A DNA stretch of 53,636 nt from Candidatus Omnitrophota bacterium (GTDB lineage: Bacteria; Omnitrophota; Gorgyraeia; JABMRN01; RBG-13-46-9). Where the stretch lies: positions 1 to 53,636 of the forward strand of contig JADHYM010000003.1 in the NCBI GenBank assembly GCA_016782445.1. Reading direction: 5' to 3'. The notes under the pieces are model-generated. The model did no database searches. It was not told the DNA's origin and saw only the letters and a program-made list of their open reading frames with translations. Each line of letters opens with the position of its first letter. The stretch's first letter is position 1. Both the position numbers and the translations under genes were made by a program. Shown piece by piece: positions 1-9,155 of this stretch.

Positions 1-2184
1 GAAGTGCTTATTTCCGTGATGCTCGGAATGATTATCTTAAGCATGGTCTTGAGCATGTGGTATTACGCTTACAAAAACTGGACACTCGACAGGATACGCA
101 CGAATCTTAAGGTAAATCTTGAAATTGCCATCGAGCGCATTAAAGAGGAGATAAGACTATCGAGCGCCACTCACATAAGCTTATACAAGCCTGTCAGTGA
201 GACGGAATATAAGGCTATAAGTTTTCCGGTTGCAGAGCCTGACGTAAACGGTTTCTTTGCCCTGGATAACGAAGATAATATTGATTGGGATAATAGCGTA
301 ATCTACCATGTATACCAGAACCCCGCGACAAGCAATACGGAATTTCGAAGGACAGAGTTTACCGATAACCATGACGTTCTAATAGACAAGACGCAGCGTG
401 ACGCGCAGCTTGCCAGCGTAGTTGCCGACGGTGACGGCTCGGGAGCTGTAAACAGCGTGAACGCGACCACAAAGGTTATCTTTACAAGCCTTGCGGAGCT
501 TACAATAGCGCCTAAAGCGCAGGAATTTGACGGATACAGCCCTACGGTAAAACGAAGCGACAATATTTCATTCGGAAGCGTAAGGCTTGAGTCGGGGAAT
601 CACGACTTAAAATTTGAGGTGACGAACAAAAATACTTCTTCTACAGGCTATGGCATGGGCATAGACAATATAGCCATAACGCCGAGCGGCTGCCAACGTG
701 AGGCCGAGGTGTATACACCACAGGATACATCAGGTGACAGCGACTCTGTTTCCGGGCCGGATGTCGCATGGAGCGGAAATTATTTCCTTGAGTATAATTC
801 AAACGACGTAGGTGATTATATAACGCTCAGACTCTATTACGACGCGTATCTCGAATGCAATTTTAACAATTCCATGCGGGAAAATACTCTTCTTCTGGGG
901 GATGCCCTGTATGTCAAGCTTCCTGACTTTGAGGAAGGCTACGAAGCAGTGTGGAACGCGGAAATTGAAGCTGGTAGCGCGTCAGGCGATGGGCAGAAAA
1001 CCGATTTTACCCTACCACTTGACGGCATCACGATACGGAATGTCATTTCAAAAAGCAATATTGATATTGCTTCACGCACCTCGGATGATTATTATTTGGT
1101 AAGGGTCAAGTTTGAGTCCCACTCGCCCGCCATATCCCCGGACACGACTATTTATCAGCTAACGATAGGAGAAGCTTATCTTGACCGGAAGTTCGCTAAC
1201 GAAGACTGCGTAAGCCCGTTTGTTACGACAACACCGGGTGAGACGCGTATCAAGCTTTATTTTACGAACGCGGGAAACGATGTTTCCCAATCGACAACAA
1301 TTTCTCAGGGAAGCTCTACTTATTCCAACTGGGTGATATTTCCCATTGAGTTTGAAATCGGAGAGGATTACCCGAAATATGATTATTTTGTGACATTTTA
1401 TATTCAAAAGGATGGTGACGAGAACCCCTCATACGCAAGTTGCTGGGCCGGAACAAACCCACCCGATATAAACTCTTATTTAATGGGCGGCAATCATGCT
1501 GCGCAGGCCTTATGGGCAAGTCCCACAGATTATCTAGGACATGAGGCTACGCCGCCGTTTGCAGACGGAAAATATACCTCATCGGCGCACGTTTATGCGC
1601 AGGCTACGGTTGAAGTCTGGTCGAACGAGGGAAGCGTTACATCCGAGATATACGATACAAAAGTGGCAAATCCGAATTACGCGGGCTCGATAGAAAGGTC
1701 AGAAAGCGAACCCTCGGGCTCAAGTATTACAGTGTACGGCCGCTCAAGTGACGATCCGCTCATGGCGGGCGCAAGCTGGTCCAGTGAATCTGTTTCCGGA
1801 AGCGGCAGATACGTCCAGTTTAGAGCCGATCTTTTAGCGGCGCCGCACTGGACATCAATAAGCGATTCGTCTCTTGTTGTAACTGACATAGACTACAAAA
1901 ATAACAACGTAATACTTGACGCATCGGGTGAATTTTTAGTTCCCGGAATATATTGCCCGTGGATCGATAACGTAAAAATAAAATGGCCCGGGAGCACCAT
2001 GATGTGCGATATAAGCGGATACTTCGCGCAAAAGCCGGATTATGGAATTATCAAGCTTACTGTCGATGGCGAGGAACTCTTGAAGGGGCTTGAATTAAGG
2101 ATGACAGTATCTGAGGATTTTCAAGGTAAAACTTATGAGTCGTTTATTGCTACTGAAGTTGAGCCGAGGAACACGGCAAAATAA
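1..2184 (+). CDS. Large type IV pilin-like (pseudopilin) protein, 5' end cut by window edge
   Basis: The frame is open from nt 1. The first residues, E-VLISVMLGMIILSMVLS, look like the Glu5 plus hydrophobic helix of a prepilin N-terminal methylation motif. The remaining >700 aa are Ser/Thr/Asp/Gly-rich and look extracellular. Confidence 0.6.
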   Translation, partial: EVLISVMLGMIILSMVLSMWYYAYKNWTLDRIRTNLKVNLEIAIERIKEEIRLSSATHISLYKPVSETEYKAISFPVAEPDVNGFFALDNEDNIDWDNSVIYHVYQNPATSNTEFRRTEFTDNHDVLIDKTQRDAQLASVVADGDGSGAVNSVNATTKVIFTSLAELTIAPKAQEFDGYSPTVKRSDNISFGSVRLESGNHDLKFEVTNKNTSSTGYGMGIDNIAITPSGCQREAEVYTPQDTSGDSDSVSGPDVAWSGNYFLEYNSNDVGDYITLRLYYDAYLECNFNNSMRENTLLLGDALYVKLPDFEEGYEAVWNAEIEAGSASGDGQKTDFTLPLDGITIRNVISKSNIDIASRTSDDYYLVRVKFESHSPAISPDTTIYQLTIGEAYLDRKFANEDCVSPFVTTTPGETRIKLYFTNAGNDVSQSTTISQGSSTYSNWVIFPIEFEIGEDYPKYDYFVTFYIQKDGDENPSYASCWAGTNPPDINSYLMGGNHAAQALWASPTDYLGHEATPPFADGKYTSSAHVYAQATVEVWSNEGSVTSEIYDTKVANPNYAGSIERSESEPSGSSITVYGRSSDDPLMAGASWSSESVSGSGRYVQFRADLLAAPHWTSISDSSLVVTDIDYKNNNVILDASGEFLVPGIYCPWIDNVKIKWPGSTMMCDISGYFAQKPDYGIIKLTVDGEELLKGLELRMTVSEDFQGKTYESFIATEVEPRNTAK

Positions 2185-2186
2185 AG

Positions 2187-3347
2187 ATGAGAGCTTTTAA
2201 AGTAGTACTAAATAAAAAAGGAGTGGTTTTTGTAAGTGTTTTGGTAATATCAATGCTCATGGTGCTTATTGGCGTGAGCGCATCGAATATGCTGCTTCAG
2301 GACGTGCACATGATAAGGCGGCTTGAAAATAGCACAAAGGCCCAGTATGCTGCGGAGGCTGGCATAAGCGACGCACTCGCGACTCTGGTGCAGAACGGAT
2401 TTGTTGCCAAGGACACTATGTTTCCGCTAGCCGACACGATAGGTGAAGGAAGCTACACGGTTAGCGTTACGGAATCCGGAGAAAGGGTGCTTTTAACTTC
2501 TGTCGGGACAGTGAATAGCGCCTCAAAAACCGTAGCTGTTGAAGTTAAAGACGCAGTGCCCAACGCGCTTTATTATATGCTGTGCGGTGGTAATAACGTA
2601 AAATTTAGGGCGTTTTTTTTGGGCTTGGCTGATATAAACGGGGACATCCATGCGAATAACGATATAACTTTGAGAGCCCAGGCTATCGCCCTTATTGATA
2701 TAGGGCCTTGTCCGGCAGGCGACTGCGACGGGAACGTTTCCGCGGGAGATGATATTTCTAAATCAACAGGTTTTCTTGGGTTTATTAATATAGCGGGGAC
2801 TGAAACCGAAGACGCGGGCATGGTGTCTTTTCCGGAATTTGACTACGACTATTACAAAACACTTGCGCAAGACAGCAGTGATTATTACTCGAGTAACACC
2901 ACCATAGGATCAACCAGCACAACTACAAACTTAAGCCCTGGAAACGGAGTAGTATATGTGGACGGCATGCTTACTTTGCGCGGCACGATTAATCTTACGG
3001 GAGGCATTGTTGCTGAAAAGATAGAAGTGCGGGGCCAGCTCAACCAGACAAAAGACACCTCGCATAACACGAATGTCATAATCGCAAAAGGCGGCGGCTC
3101 GCCGGGAGACATAAAAATCTTCAACGAGTTAGCGACCGAAGAGGCTGTTGTTTACGCGACGCGCGATTTTGATGTTGTCGCGGCATTTTCAGTTGTTAAT
3201 GTTACAGGAGCTCTTATAGCCGGCCGCAATATCAGGGTATGGGATGCCGCGAGCTTCGTGACGTATAACCATTATATACTGACCCCCGGCGGTCTTTCAG
3301 GAGATGACAGCGATGATACCATAAGTATTGTCGCATGGACACGGTAG
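2187..3347 (+). CDS. PilX-like / minor-pilin-associated protein with N-terminal membrane anchor
   Basis: It starts 3 nt after the upstream stop. The N-terminus KGVVFVSVLVISMLMVLIGVSASNMLLQD...STKAQYAAEAGISDAL resembles the PilX N-terminal domain. The Gly/Asn/Thr-rich remainder suggests a beta-helix. Confidence 0.5.
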   Translation: MRAFKVVLNKKGVVFVSVLVISMLMVLIGVSASNMLLQDVHMIRRLENSTKAQYAAEAGISDALATLVQNGFVAKDTMFPLADTIGEGSYTVSVTESGERVLLTSVGTVNSASKTVAVEVKDAVPNALYYMLCGGNNVKFRAFFLGLADINGDIHANNDITLRAQAIALIDIGPCPAGDCDGNVSAGDDISKSTGFLGFINIAGTETEDAGMVSFPEFDYDYYKTLAQDSSDYYSSNTTIGSTSTTTNLSPGNGVVYVDGMLTLRGTINLTGGIVAEKIEVRGQLNQTKDTSHNTNVIIAKGGGSPGDIKIFNELATEEAVVYATRDFDVVAAFSVVNVTGALIAGRNIRVWDAASFVTYNHYILTPGGLSGDDSDDTISIVAWTR

Positions 3348-3348
3348 C

Positions 3349-4086
3349 ATGAATCGTTATGCGCCTATTTTTTTTCTTATTTTTATATTATTTACCCAGC
3401 GTTTAGCAGCGGATACGGTTGAGCTCGAAAATGGAAAGGTTATAGTAGGGGCGATATTGAGCGAAACAGAAAGCGCTGTTGTAATCAGCAAGCAGGGAGG
3501 GGATTTTGTTTACTCGATATCCCGTGAGAGAATAAGAAATATCCGAAAATCAACCGAGGGTGAAATAGTCAGGCAGCGACGAGCAGAACAAAAAACCTAC
3601 CTGGTAGATAAAAAAGTTGATGAAATCAAAAAAGGTGAACTCGACGCCTACCGAAAGGAACGCTATAAAACGCAGGTAGAAAATGCCAAAAAAGCGCGCG
3701 GAAGAATAAAGATCAAATTCGCAGACGGCCGTTTCGGTGTCGTAGACGCTTTGATCAATAAAAATGGCACATCCAAGCTTCTGGTTGACACCGGCGCCTC
3801 GATGGTCGTGATAACGCGCGCTGCTGCCAATAGACTGGGGATCGAGGTTGTAGATGACATGGGCAAGATTTCGGTTGTCCTCGCGGACGGTAGCATGACG
3901 AAAGCCATACCGGTTGTGCTCGATTCAGTCAAGGTGGGGCACTCTGAAGTTAAAAATGTCAAAGCCGCCATATCAGAAACGTCTCCGGGTGACGGCCTGG
4001 ACGGGCTCCTTGGCATGACGTTCCTTCGCTATTTCCACGTAAAGCTCGATTCTAACGAAAACTGCCTCGTTTTGGAGAAGTACTAA
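3349..4086 (+). CDS. Retropepsin-like (clan AA) aspartic protease with signal peptide
   Basis: Contains the LLVDTGASMVVIT (DTGA) active-site motif and a LDGLLGMTFL C-terminal motif. I moved the start to ATG 3349 (MNRYAPIFFLIFILF signal), directly after the upstream stop. Confidence 0.65.
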   Translation: MNRYAPIFFLIFILFTQRLAADTVELENGKVIVGAILSETESAVVISKQGGDFVYSISRERIRNIRKSTEGEIVRQRRAEQKTYLVDKKVDEIKKGELDAYRKERYKTQVENAKKARGRIKIKFADGRFGVVDALINKNGTSKLLVDTGASMVVITRAAANRLGIEVVDDMGKISVVLADGSMTKAIPVVLDSVKVGHSEVKNVKAAISETSPGDGLDGLLGMTFLRYFHVKLDSNENCLVLEKY

Positions 4087-4090
4087 CTTT

Positions 4091-4213
4091 TCGTCAATCG
4101 GTTGCGGTTGCGTCGCGCGAAACGTTGGTCGTAGGCCGGTCGCGTACGTTTTTTTCACGCAACCCATCGACGCAATCATTTCCCACGACGCCACCGCCAC
4201 CGCCACCGCAACC
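4091..4213 (+). repeat. Dispersed intergenic repeat, copy A (long form)
   Basis: tcgtcaatcggttgcggttgcgtcgcgcgaaacgt... aligns along about 120 nt with copy E at 52440-52562. It contains GGTTGCG/CGCAACC units in both orientations and ends in (CCACCG)x3. Confidence 0.8.
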
Positions 4214-4238
4214 ATATCATCCATTAAGGATTTCCTCC

Positions 4239-4266
4239 TTGACATTTATTAATATTATGTTAAATT
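4239..4266 (+). promoter_or_regulatory. Sigma70-type promoter of rplU-rpmA-obg operon
   Basis: TTGACA (4239-4244), 16 nt spacer, TAAATT (4261-4266). Only 10 nt separate the -10 from the rplU ATG, and no Shine-Dalgarno is present. Confidence 0.55.
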
Positions 4267-4276
4267 AATATACCTT

Positions 4277-4588
4277 ATGTATGCTATAATTGATCATGGA
4301 GGAAGGCAATACAAGGTAGAGAAAGAAGGCACTTTTCTTGCGAACAGGTCTCTGGGGAAGCCCTCGAGCACGGTAAAGTTCAAGCACGTGCTTTTCGCGA
4401 AGGAGCGCAATTCTTACCATGTAGGAGCGCCGTATATCAAGGATGCCTATGTATCCTGCGATATTGTTTCGCACCCGCGTGCGAAAAAGGTCATCGCCTT
4501 TAAGTATAAAAGAAGAAAAGACAAGAAACTAAAGATCGGCCACAGGCAGGATTTGACGCTTTTTAAGGTTAAAGAGATAAAAGTATAA
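4277..4588 (+). CDS. rplU: 50S ribosomal protein bL21
   Basis: Canonical N-terminus MYAIIDHGGRQYKV, and the conserved rplU-rpmA-obg gene order. Confidence 0.95.
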   Translation: MYAIIDHGGRQYKVEKEGTFLANRSLGKPSSTVKFKHVLFAKERNSYHVGAPYIKDAYVSCDIVSHPRAKKVIAFKYKRRKDKKLKIGHRQDLTLFKVKEIKV

Positions 4589-4597
4589 GAGGCTATT

Positions 4598-4840
4598 ATG
4601 GCACATAAAAAAGGACTGGGAAGCTCGAGAAACGGAAGAGACTCAGCCGGGCAGCGCCTCGGACTTAAAGCATCCGGCGGACAGTACGTGACGGCCGGTA
4701 GTATCATCATAAGACAGCGCGGCACGCCATTCAAACCCGGCTTAAACGTCGGAATCGGAAGAGACGACACCCTTTTTGCAAAAGCCAGCGGCGTCGTTCA
4801 ATTCTCACCCTCGCGATTAGTGAGCATATTACCCAAATAG
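4598..4840 (+). CDS. rpmA: 50S ribosomal protein bL27
   Basis: [16 protein letters not shown]...IIIRQRGT...DDTLFA matches the bL27 signature. Confidence 0.95.
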   Translation: MAHKKGLGSSRNGRDSAGQRLGLKASGGQYVTAGSIIIRQRGTPFKPGLNVGIGRDDTLFAKASGVVQFSPSRLVSILPK

Positions 4841-4843
4841 TAA

Positions 4844-5800
4844 ATGTTTATAGACCAGGCCAGAATTCACGTCAAAGCAGGAGACGGTGGAGATGGCTGC
4901 ACATCTTTTTACCGCGACAGATCTATTCGCAAGGGAAAAGCTAACGGCGGCCCCGGCGGGGAAGGCGGAAACATAATTTTCAAGGCTGATAAAAACATGC
5001 AGACCCTTCTCGACTTCCAGTATAACAGGCATTTTAAGGCAGAAAGAGGCAATCACGGCAGTTCAAATAACAAAAAAGGAAAGAGCGGCAAGGATCTTTA
5101 TGTGCGTGTGCCCCCGGGAACAGTGCTCAAGGACGCCGAGACCGGGCTTATCTTGCGGGACCTTGTCGAGGAGAGCGAAGAAGTAACCATAGTCAAAGGC
5201 GGCCCGGGCGGAAGGGGCAATAATAAAAAGGAAGACGGAAGCGTTGGCGAAAAAGGCGAAGAAAGAGATCTTGTACTAGAGCTTAAATTAATCGCCGACG
5301 TCGGCATAATCGGGTTCCCCAATGTCGGCAAGTCCACGCTTATCTCGAGAATATCGTGTGCGAAATCGAAAGTAGCCGACTACCCTTTTACGACGAAAGA
5401 ACCTATACTTGGCATTGTCGAGCTTCACCAGAAGCATATAGCATTTGCAGACATGCCCGGGCTTATTGAAAACGCTCACACGGGGCGGGGGCTGGGGGAC
5501 CGGTTTCTGCGGCACATCGAGAGGACAAAGATACTGATTCACATGGTGGATATAGCCGGAGTAGAGAGAAGAGACGCTTTCACTGATTACATTGCGATAA
5601 GGAAAGAGCTTGTGCTCTACGGAAAGCACGTGGAAGAAAAGCCCGAGATAATAGCGTGTAATAAAATGGATCTGCCCGAAGGAAAGAAAAAGTTAGAAGC
5701 CTTTAAAAAAAGAATCGGTAAAAAGATATTTCCTATATCAGCTGCGACAGGGCAGGGCATAGATAAATTATTACAAGAAATTGAGAACATTTTGGTTTAA
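4844..5800 (+). CDS. obg: GTPase Obg/CgtA (no C-terminal OCT domain)
   Basis: Obg fold FIDQARIHVKAGDGGDG with Gly-rich repeats. G domain motifs are GFPNVGKST (G1), DMPGLIE (G3) and NKMD (G4). Confidence 0.9.
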   Translation: MFIDQARIHVKAGDGGDGCTSFYRDRSIRKGKANGGPGGEGGNIIFKADKNMQTLLDFQYNRHFKAERGNHGSSNNKKGKSGKDLYVRVPPGTVLKDAETGLILRDLVEESEEVTIVKGGPGGRGNNKKEDGSVGEKGEERDLVLELKLIADVGIIGFPNVGKSTLISRISCAKSKVADYPFTTKEPILGIVELHQKHIAFADMPGLIENAHTGRGLGDRFLRHIERTKILIHMVDIAGVERRDAFTDYIAIRKELVLYGKHVEEKPEIIACNKMDLPEGKKKLEAFKKRIGKKIFPISAATGQGIDKLLQEIENILV

Positions 5801-5801
5801 A

Positions 5802-6890
5802 ATGAAATATAAAAAAATCGTAGTAAAGATAGGCACGAGCGTTCTTGCCAAAAAAACAGGTGAAATAGACTCTGCCTCGCTTGAGCGTATAGCCTGTGGG
5901 GTGGCTTGTATTATGCAAAAGGGGGCTCGGGTCATTCTTGTAAGTTCCGGCGCGATAGGCGCGGGGATGAGCGTTTTGAAACTGGATAAGGTTCCTGCGT
6001 CGCTTTCAGACCTTCAGGCGACGGCAGCCATTGGGCAGAGCCAGCTCATGCACTTATACAGCGCTGCCTTCAAAAAATATGGCTATTCCGTAGGGCAGAT
6101 ACTTCTCACGCAGGAGGATTTTGATCACCGGAGAAGGTATTTGAACATAAAATATACTGTAGACGCCCTGCTTGCAAAGGGCGCGGTCCCGGTAGTAAAC
6201 GAAAACGATACCGTTTCAACTGAGGAAATAAAGTGTGGAGATAACGACAGGCTCTCAAGCCTCATGGCGGATCTTTGGGAAGCGGATGCCCTGGTTATGC
6301 TCACGGATGTGGACGGGCTCTATGACGAAAAGGGCCGTGTGCTGCCGGTTGTCGAAAACATATCTGATTCGATAAAAAAACTTGCCGGGGAGAAAGTATT
6401 ACGCCTTACTAAAGGCGGCATGGTGACAAAGCTCGCCTCAGCTGAAAGAGCGGTCGCGGCCGGAATTGATTGCTTTATAGCGAATGGCCGCGCTGAGCGT
6501 ATACTTATCGATATGTTAGAATCCGGAAAGGGAACCTTCACGTATTTTAAATCAAAAAAAATGAAGAAGAAAGCGAAAAAACGCTGGATAGCCTATTCAT
6601 CAAAGATTAAAGGTAAGATCATTGTAGATGACGGCGCCAAAAAGGCGCTTGTTTCCGGCAATAAGAGCCTTTTAGCATCCGGCATAACGGCCAAAGACGG
6701 CGCTTTTAAAGCCGGTGACGTGATAGGTATATGCGACACTCAAAAAAAGGAATTTGCCAGGGGTCTCGCGAACTATTCATCCGAGGAGATAGGCAGAATA
6801 AAAGGCGTAAAGGCGAGCCGGATAAGTTCTATTCTGGGCTACAAGGACCATGACGAAGTGGTACGCAGGGATAATCTTGTTATTTTGTAA
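5802..6890 (+). CDS. proB: Glutamate 5-kinase with PUA domain
   Basis: KIVVKIGTSVL amino-acid-kinase N-terminus, a GDNDRLS motif and a C-terminal PUA-like region. I moved the start to ATG 5802, just after the obg stop. Confidence 0.9.
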   Translation: MKYKKIVVKIGTSVLAKKTGEIDSASLERIACGVACIMQKGARVILVSSGAIGAGMSVLKLDKVPASLSDLQATAAIGQSQLMHLYSAAFKKYGYSVGQILLTQEDFDHRRRYLNIKYTVDALLAKGAVPVVNENDTVSTEEIKCGDNDRLSSLMADLWEADALVMLTDVDGLYDEKGRVLPVVENISDSIKKLAGEKVLRLTKGGMVTKLASAERAVAAGIDCFIANGRAERILIDMLESGKGTFTYFKSKKMKKKAKKRWIAYSSKIKGKIIVDDGAKKALVSGNKSLLASGITAKDGAFKAGDVIGICDTQKKEFARGLANYSSEEIGRIKGVKASRISSILGYKDHDEVVRRDNLVIL

Positions 6891-6909
6891 AAGTAGAAAG
6901 TAATTAGAG

Positions 6910-8172
6910 ATGTCATTAAATAGGGATTTGATAAAAATGGCCGAGTTCGCCAGAGACGCTTCGCAGCGCATGGTGTCGCTACGAAAGGAAACGAAAAACA
7001 AAGCTTTGCGGAAGATGGCGGCTGCCATTGTAGGAGCAAAATCGCTTATTATAAAGGCAAACCGAAAAGACATTAAAAATGCCGAAAGAAAAAAGCTTTC
7101 GCCCTCCATGGTCGAGAGGCTAATGCTTAATGAGAAGAGGGTGCATGAAATGTCCCGCTCAATAAGCAAGGTTTCGCTTCTTAAGGATCCGGTCGGTACG
7201 GTAGATGCGTTTATTAGAAGGCCGAACGGCCTCCTCATCGGAAAAATGAGGGTGCCCATAGGCGTCATGCTTGTAATCTATGAATCGCGGCCTAATGTCA
7301 CGGCTGATTGCGCGGCGCTTGCCTTAAAATCCGGAAACGCGCTCATATTGCGCGGCGGCAAAGAAGCCATAAACTCTAATATCGCGATTTTTAACGCGCT
7401 TGCCGGAGCGGCAGAAAAAGCAGGAATACCTAAGGGCGCGATAAATATGGTTAAGTCAGTGGACCGGCGAGCTGTTTCGACGCTTCTCGGGCTTAGTGGT
7501 CTTATCGACCTTGTTATACCGCGCGGCGGCGAGTCGCTTATACGTAAGATATCCTCTCATTCAAAAATACCGGTTATCAAACACTACAAGGGCGTTTGCC
7601 ATGTTTTTGTGGACGACGAGGCTGATCTTAACATGGCAGAAAAAATAGCTTATAACGCAAAGGTGCAAAGGCCGGGCGTGTGTAACGCGATGGAGACGCT
7701 TCTTGTTCACGAGGATATTGCCTGCAGATTCCTGCCTTCTCTGGCAAAAAGGCTGATAACGGCGGGCGTTGAATTAAGGGGTTGCCGGAAAACGAAAAGG
7801 ATTCTACGCAATTTCCGTGTCAAATCCGCGAAGGAAACCGATTGGAGCGAAGAATACCTCGAGCTCATTCTCTCTATAAAAGCGGTAAAAAACCTGGGCG
7901 AGGCTATCAGACATATAAATAGATACGGAACATCGCATTCCGACGCAATCGTAACTGAAAGCTGCGACCACGCGATGGAATTTCTGGAAAAAGTGGACTC
8001 TTCCGCCGTATACGTAAACGCCTCTACGAGGTTTACGGACGGGAACCAATTCGGTAAGGGCGCAGAGATGGGCATAAGCACTGATAAGTTGCACGCGCGC
8101 GGTCCGGTGGGTGTTGAGGATCTCACTACCTATAAATACGTTATCTTTGGCAACGGACAGGTAAGGAAATAA
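6910..8172 (+). CDS. proA: Gamma-glutamyl phosphate reductase
   Basis: ALDH-like protein with VCNAMETLLVH (catalytic Cys) and ASTRFTDG. It follows proB. Confidence 0.9.
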   Translation: MSLNRDLIKMAEFARDASQRMVSLRKETKNKALRKMAAAIVGAKSLIIKANRKDIKNAERKKLSPSMVERLMLNEKRVHEMSRSISKVSLLKDPVGTVDAFIRRPNGLLIGKMRVPIGVMLVIYESRPNVTADCAALALKSGNALILRGGKEAINSNIAIFNALAGAAEKAGIPKGAINMVKSVDRRAVSTLLGLSGLIDLVIPRGGESLIRKISSHSKIPVIKHYKGVCHVFVDDEADLNMAEKIAYNAKVQRPGVCNAMETLLVHEDIACRFLPSLAKRLITAGVELRGCRKTKRILRNFRVKSAKETDWSEEYLELILSIKAVKNLGEAIRHINRYGTSHSDAIVTESCDHAMEFLEKVDSSAVYVNASTRFTDGNQFGKGAEMGISTDKLHARGPVGVEDLTTYKYVIFGNGQVRK

Positions 8173-8183
8173 ATCAAACATAC

Positions 8184-8744
8184 ATGCGCATAGGTATATT
8201 AGGTGGTACGTTCAATCCCGTGCACAACGGGCATCTCTATATCGCGCAGGAAGCGCGTAAAAAACTTTCGCTTAATAAAGTAGTATTTGTCCCCGCGCAT
8301 ATTCCCCCTCACAAAAAAATAAAAGGTAATGCCACTGCAATCAACCGCGTGCGGATGCTCAAGCTTGCCTTGAAAAGGAGGAAGGGCTTTAGCTTTTCGC
8401 TATATGAGATAAGGAAAAAAGGCGTATCATATTCCGTCGATACTCTAAAATATTTTCGTAAAAAATACGGTAAACACACGAAGTTGTTTTTTATAATAGG
8501 TTCTGATTGGGCCGGCGGTTTAAAAGGATGGAAGAAAGCCCAAGAGCTTGCCCGGCTCGCAGTATTTGTTATTGCGCCCCGGCCAGGCTTTAAAAGGAAG
8601 AAGGTAGTAAAAACCTTACGGATTGCACGAAAGGATATTTCTTCGTCGGAAATCCGTAAACGCGTGAAAAACGGAAAAGCCGTAAAAAATCTTATTCCTA
8701 AGTCTGTTGCAAAATATATTTATAGGAAAAAAATATACCTATAA
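8184..8744 (+). CDS. nadD: Nicotinate-nucleotide adenylyltransferase
   Basis: GILGGTFNPVHNGH nucleotidyltransferase motif and C-terminal ISSSEIR. Confidence 0.85.
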   Translation: MRIGILGGTFNPVHNGHLYIAQEARKKLSLNKVVFVPAHIPPHKKIKGNATAINRVRMLKLALKRRKGFSFSLYEIRKKGVSYSVDTLKYFRKKYGKHTKLFFIIGSDWAGGLKGWKKAQELARLAVFVIAPRPGFKRKKVVKTLRIARKDISSSEIRKRVKNGKAVKNLIPKSVAKYIYRKKIYL

Positions 8745-8749
8745 TAAAT

Positions 8750-8793
8750 ACGCAACCGATCGGCGCAACTGGCTCGCGCGACGCAACCGCAAA
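8750..8793 (-). repeat. Dispersed intergenic repeat, copy B (short, inverted)
   Basis: The reverse complement, ...tttgcggttgcgtcgcgcgagccagttgcgccgatcggttgcgt, shares the gcggttgcgtcgcgcga core with copies A, D and E. Confidence 0.65.
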
Positions 8794-8810
8794 CAAAACA
8801 GCATTTAACA

Positions 8811-8839
8811 TTGCATTTACCCTAAGAATATGCTAAACT
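8811..8839 (+). promoter_or_regulatory. Promoter of small basic protein gene
   Basis: TTGCAT (8811-8816), 17 nt spacer, TAAACT (8834-8839). Confidence 0.5.
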
Positions 8840-8864
8840 TTGAACAAATTAAGGAGGTGTTACG

Positions 8865-9035
8865 ATGGCAGAGATGGAATTCTTTGACGTAAAGACAAAG
8901 AAAAAATTTAAGGCAACAGAGTTCAGAATCGAAGAGAAAAAGGGACGATTTTTCGCGGTTACTAAATCGCCGACAGGTGACTACGAATGCTGGAGGGTTG
9001 TTTCCAAGGATACGGCCGCCAAATTTAAAAAGTAA
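8865..9035 (+). CDS. Small (56 aa) lysine-rich protein, unknown function, possibly nucleic-acid binding
   Basis: Not in the ORF track because it is under 60 aa. AAGGAGG lies 8 nt upstream of the ATG. Translation: MAEMEFFDVKTKKKFKATEFRIEEKKGRFFAVTKSPTGDYECWRVVSKDTAAKFKK. It has its own promoter and a downstream hairpin. Confidence 0.55.
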   Translation: MAEMEFFDVKTKKKFKATEFRIEEKKGRFFAVTKSPTGDYECWRVVSKDTAAKFKK

Positions 9036-9108
9036 CTTTTAAGAGAAACAAACGAAGCAACATCTAACACAAGCAGCTATTCTGTTTTAAGCAAAGGAAA
9101 AATTGAGG

Positions 9109-9155
9109 CTTTTTGGGTGCATCTGTGACGCGCCCAAAAAGTGCTTTTCTCTTTT
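9109..9155 (+). terminator. Hairpin plus T-rich tract after small ORF
   Basis: ctttttgggtgc, 9 nt loop, gcgcccaaaaag (11/12 bp), followed by tgcttttctctttt. It abuts the argS ATG. Confidence 0.5.

Noticed and set aside
4185-4213. CRISPR-like or tandem repeats: (CCACCG)x3 at 4190-4207, CAGAAGA repeats at 46030-46060
   Set aside because: These are short microsatellite-type repeats without spacers of uniform length. No cas genes are present, so this is not a CRISPR array.
3973-4245. Minus-strand ORF with AAGGAGG 9 nt upstream of an internal ATG (4224), translating repeat copy A (MDDMVAVAVAVAS...)
   Set aside because: The RBS-like string is the complement of sequence abutting the rplU -35 box. 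The ORF overlaps the 3' end of the protease gene by >100 nt. None of the other four repeat copies keeps an equivalent reading frame.
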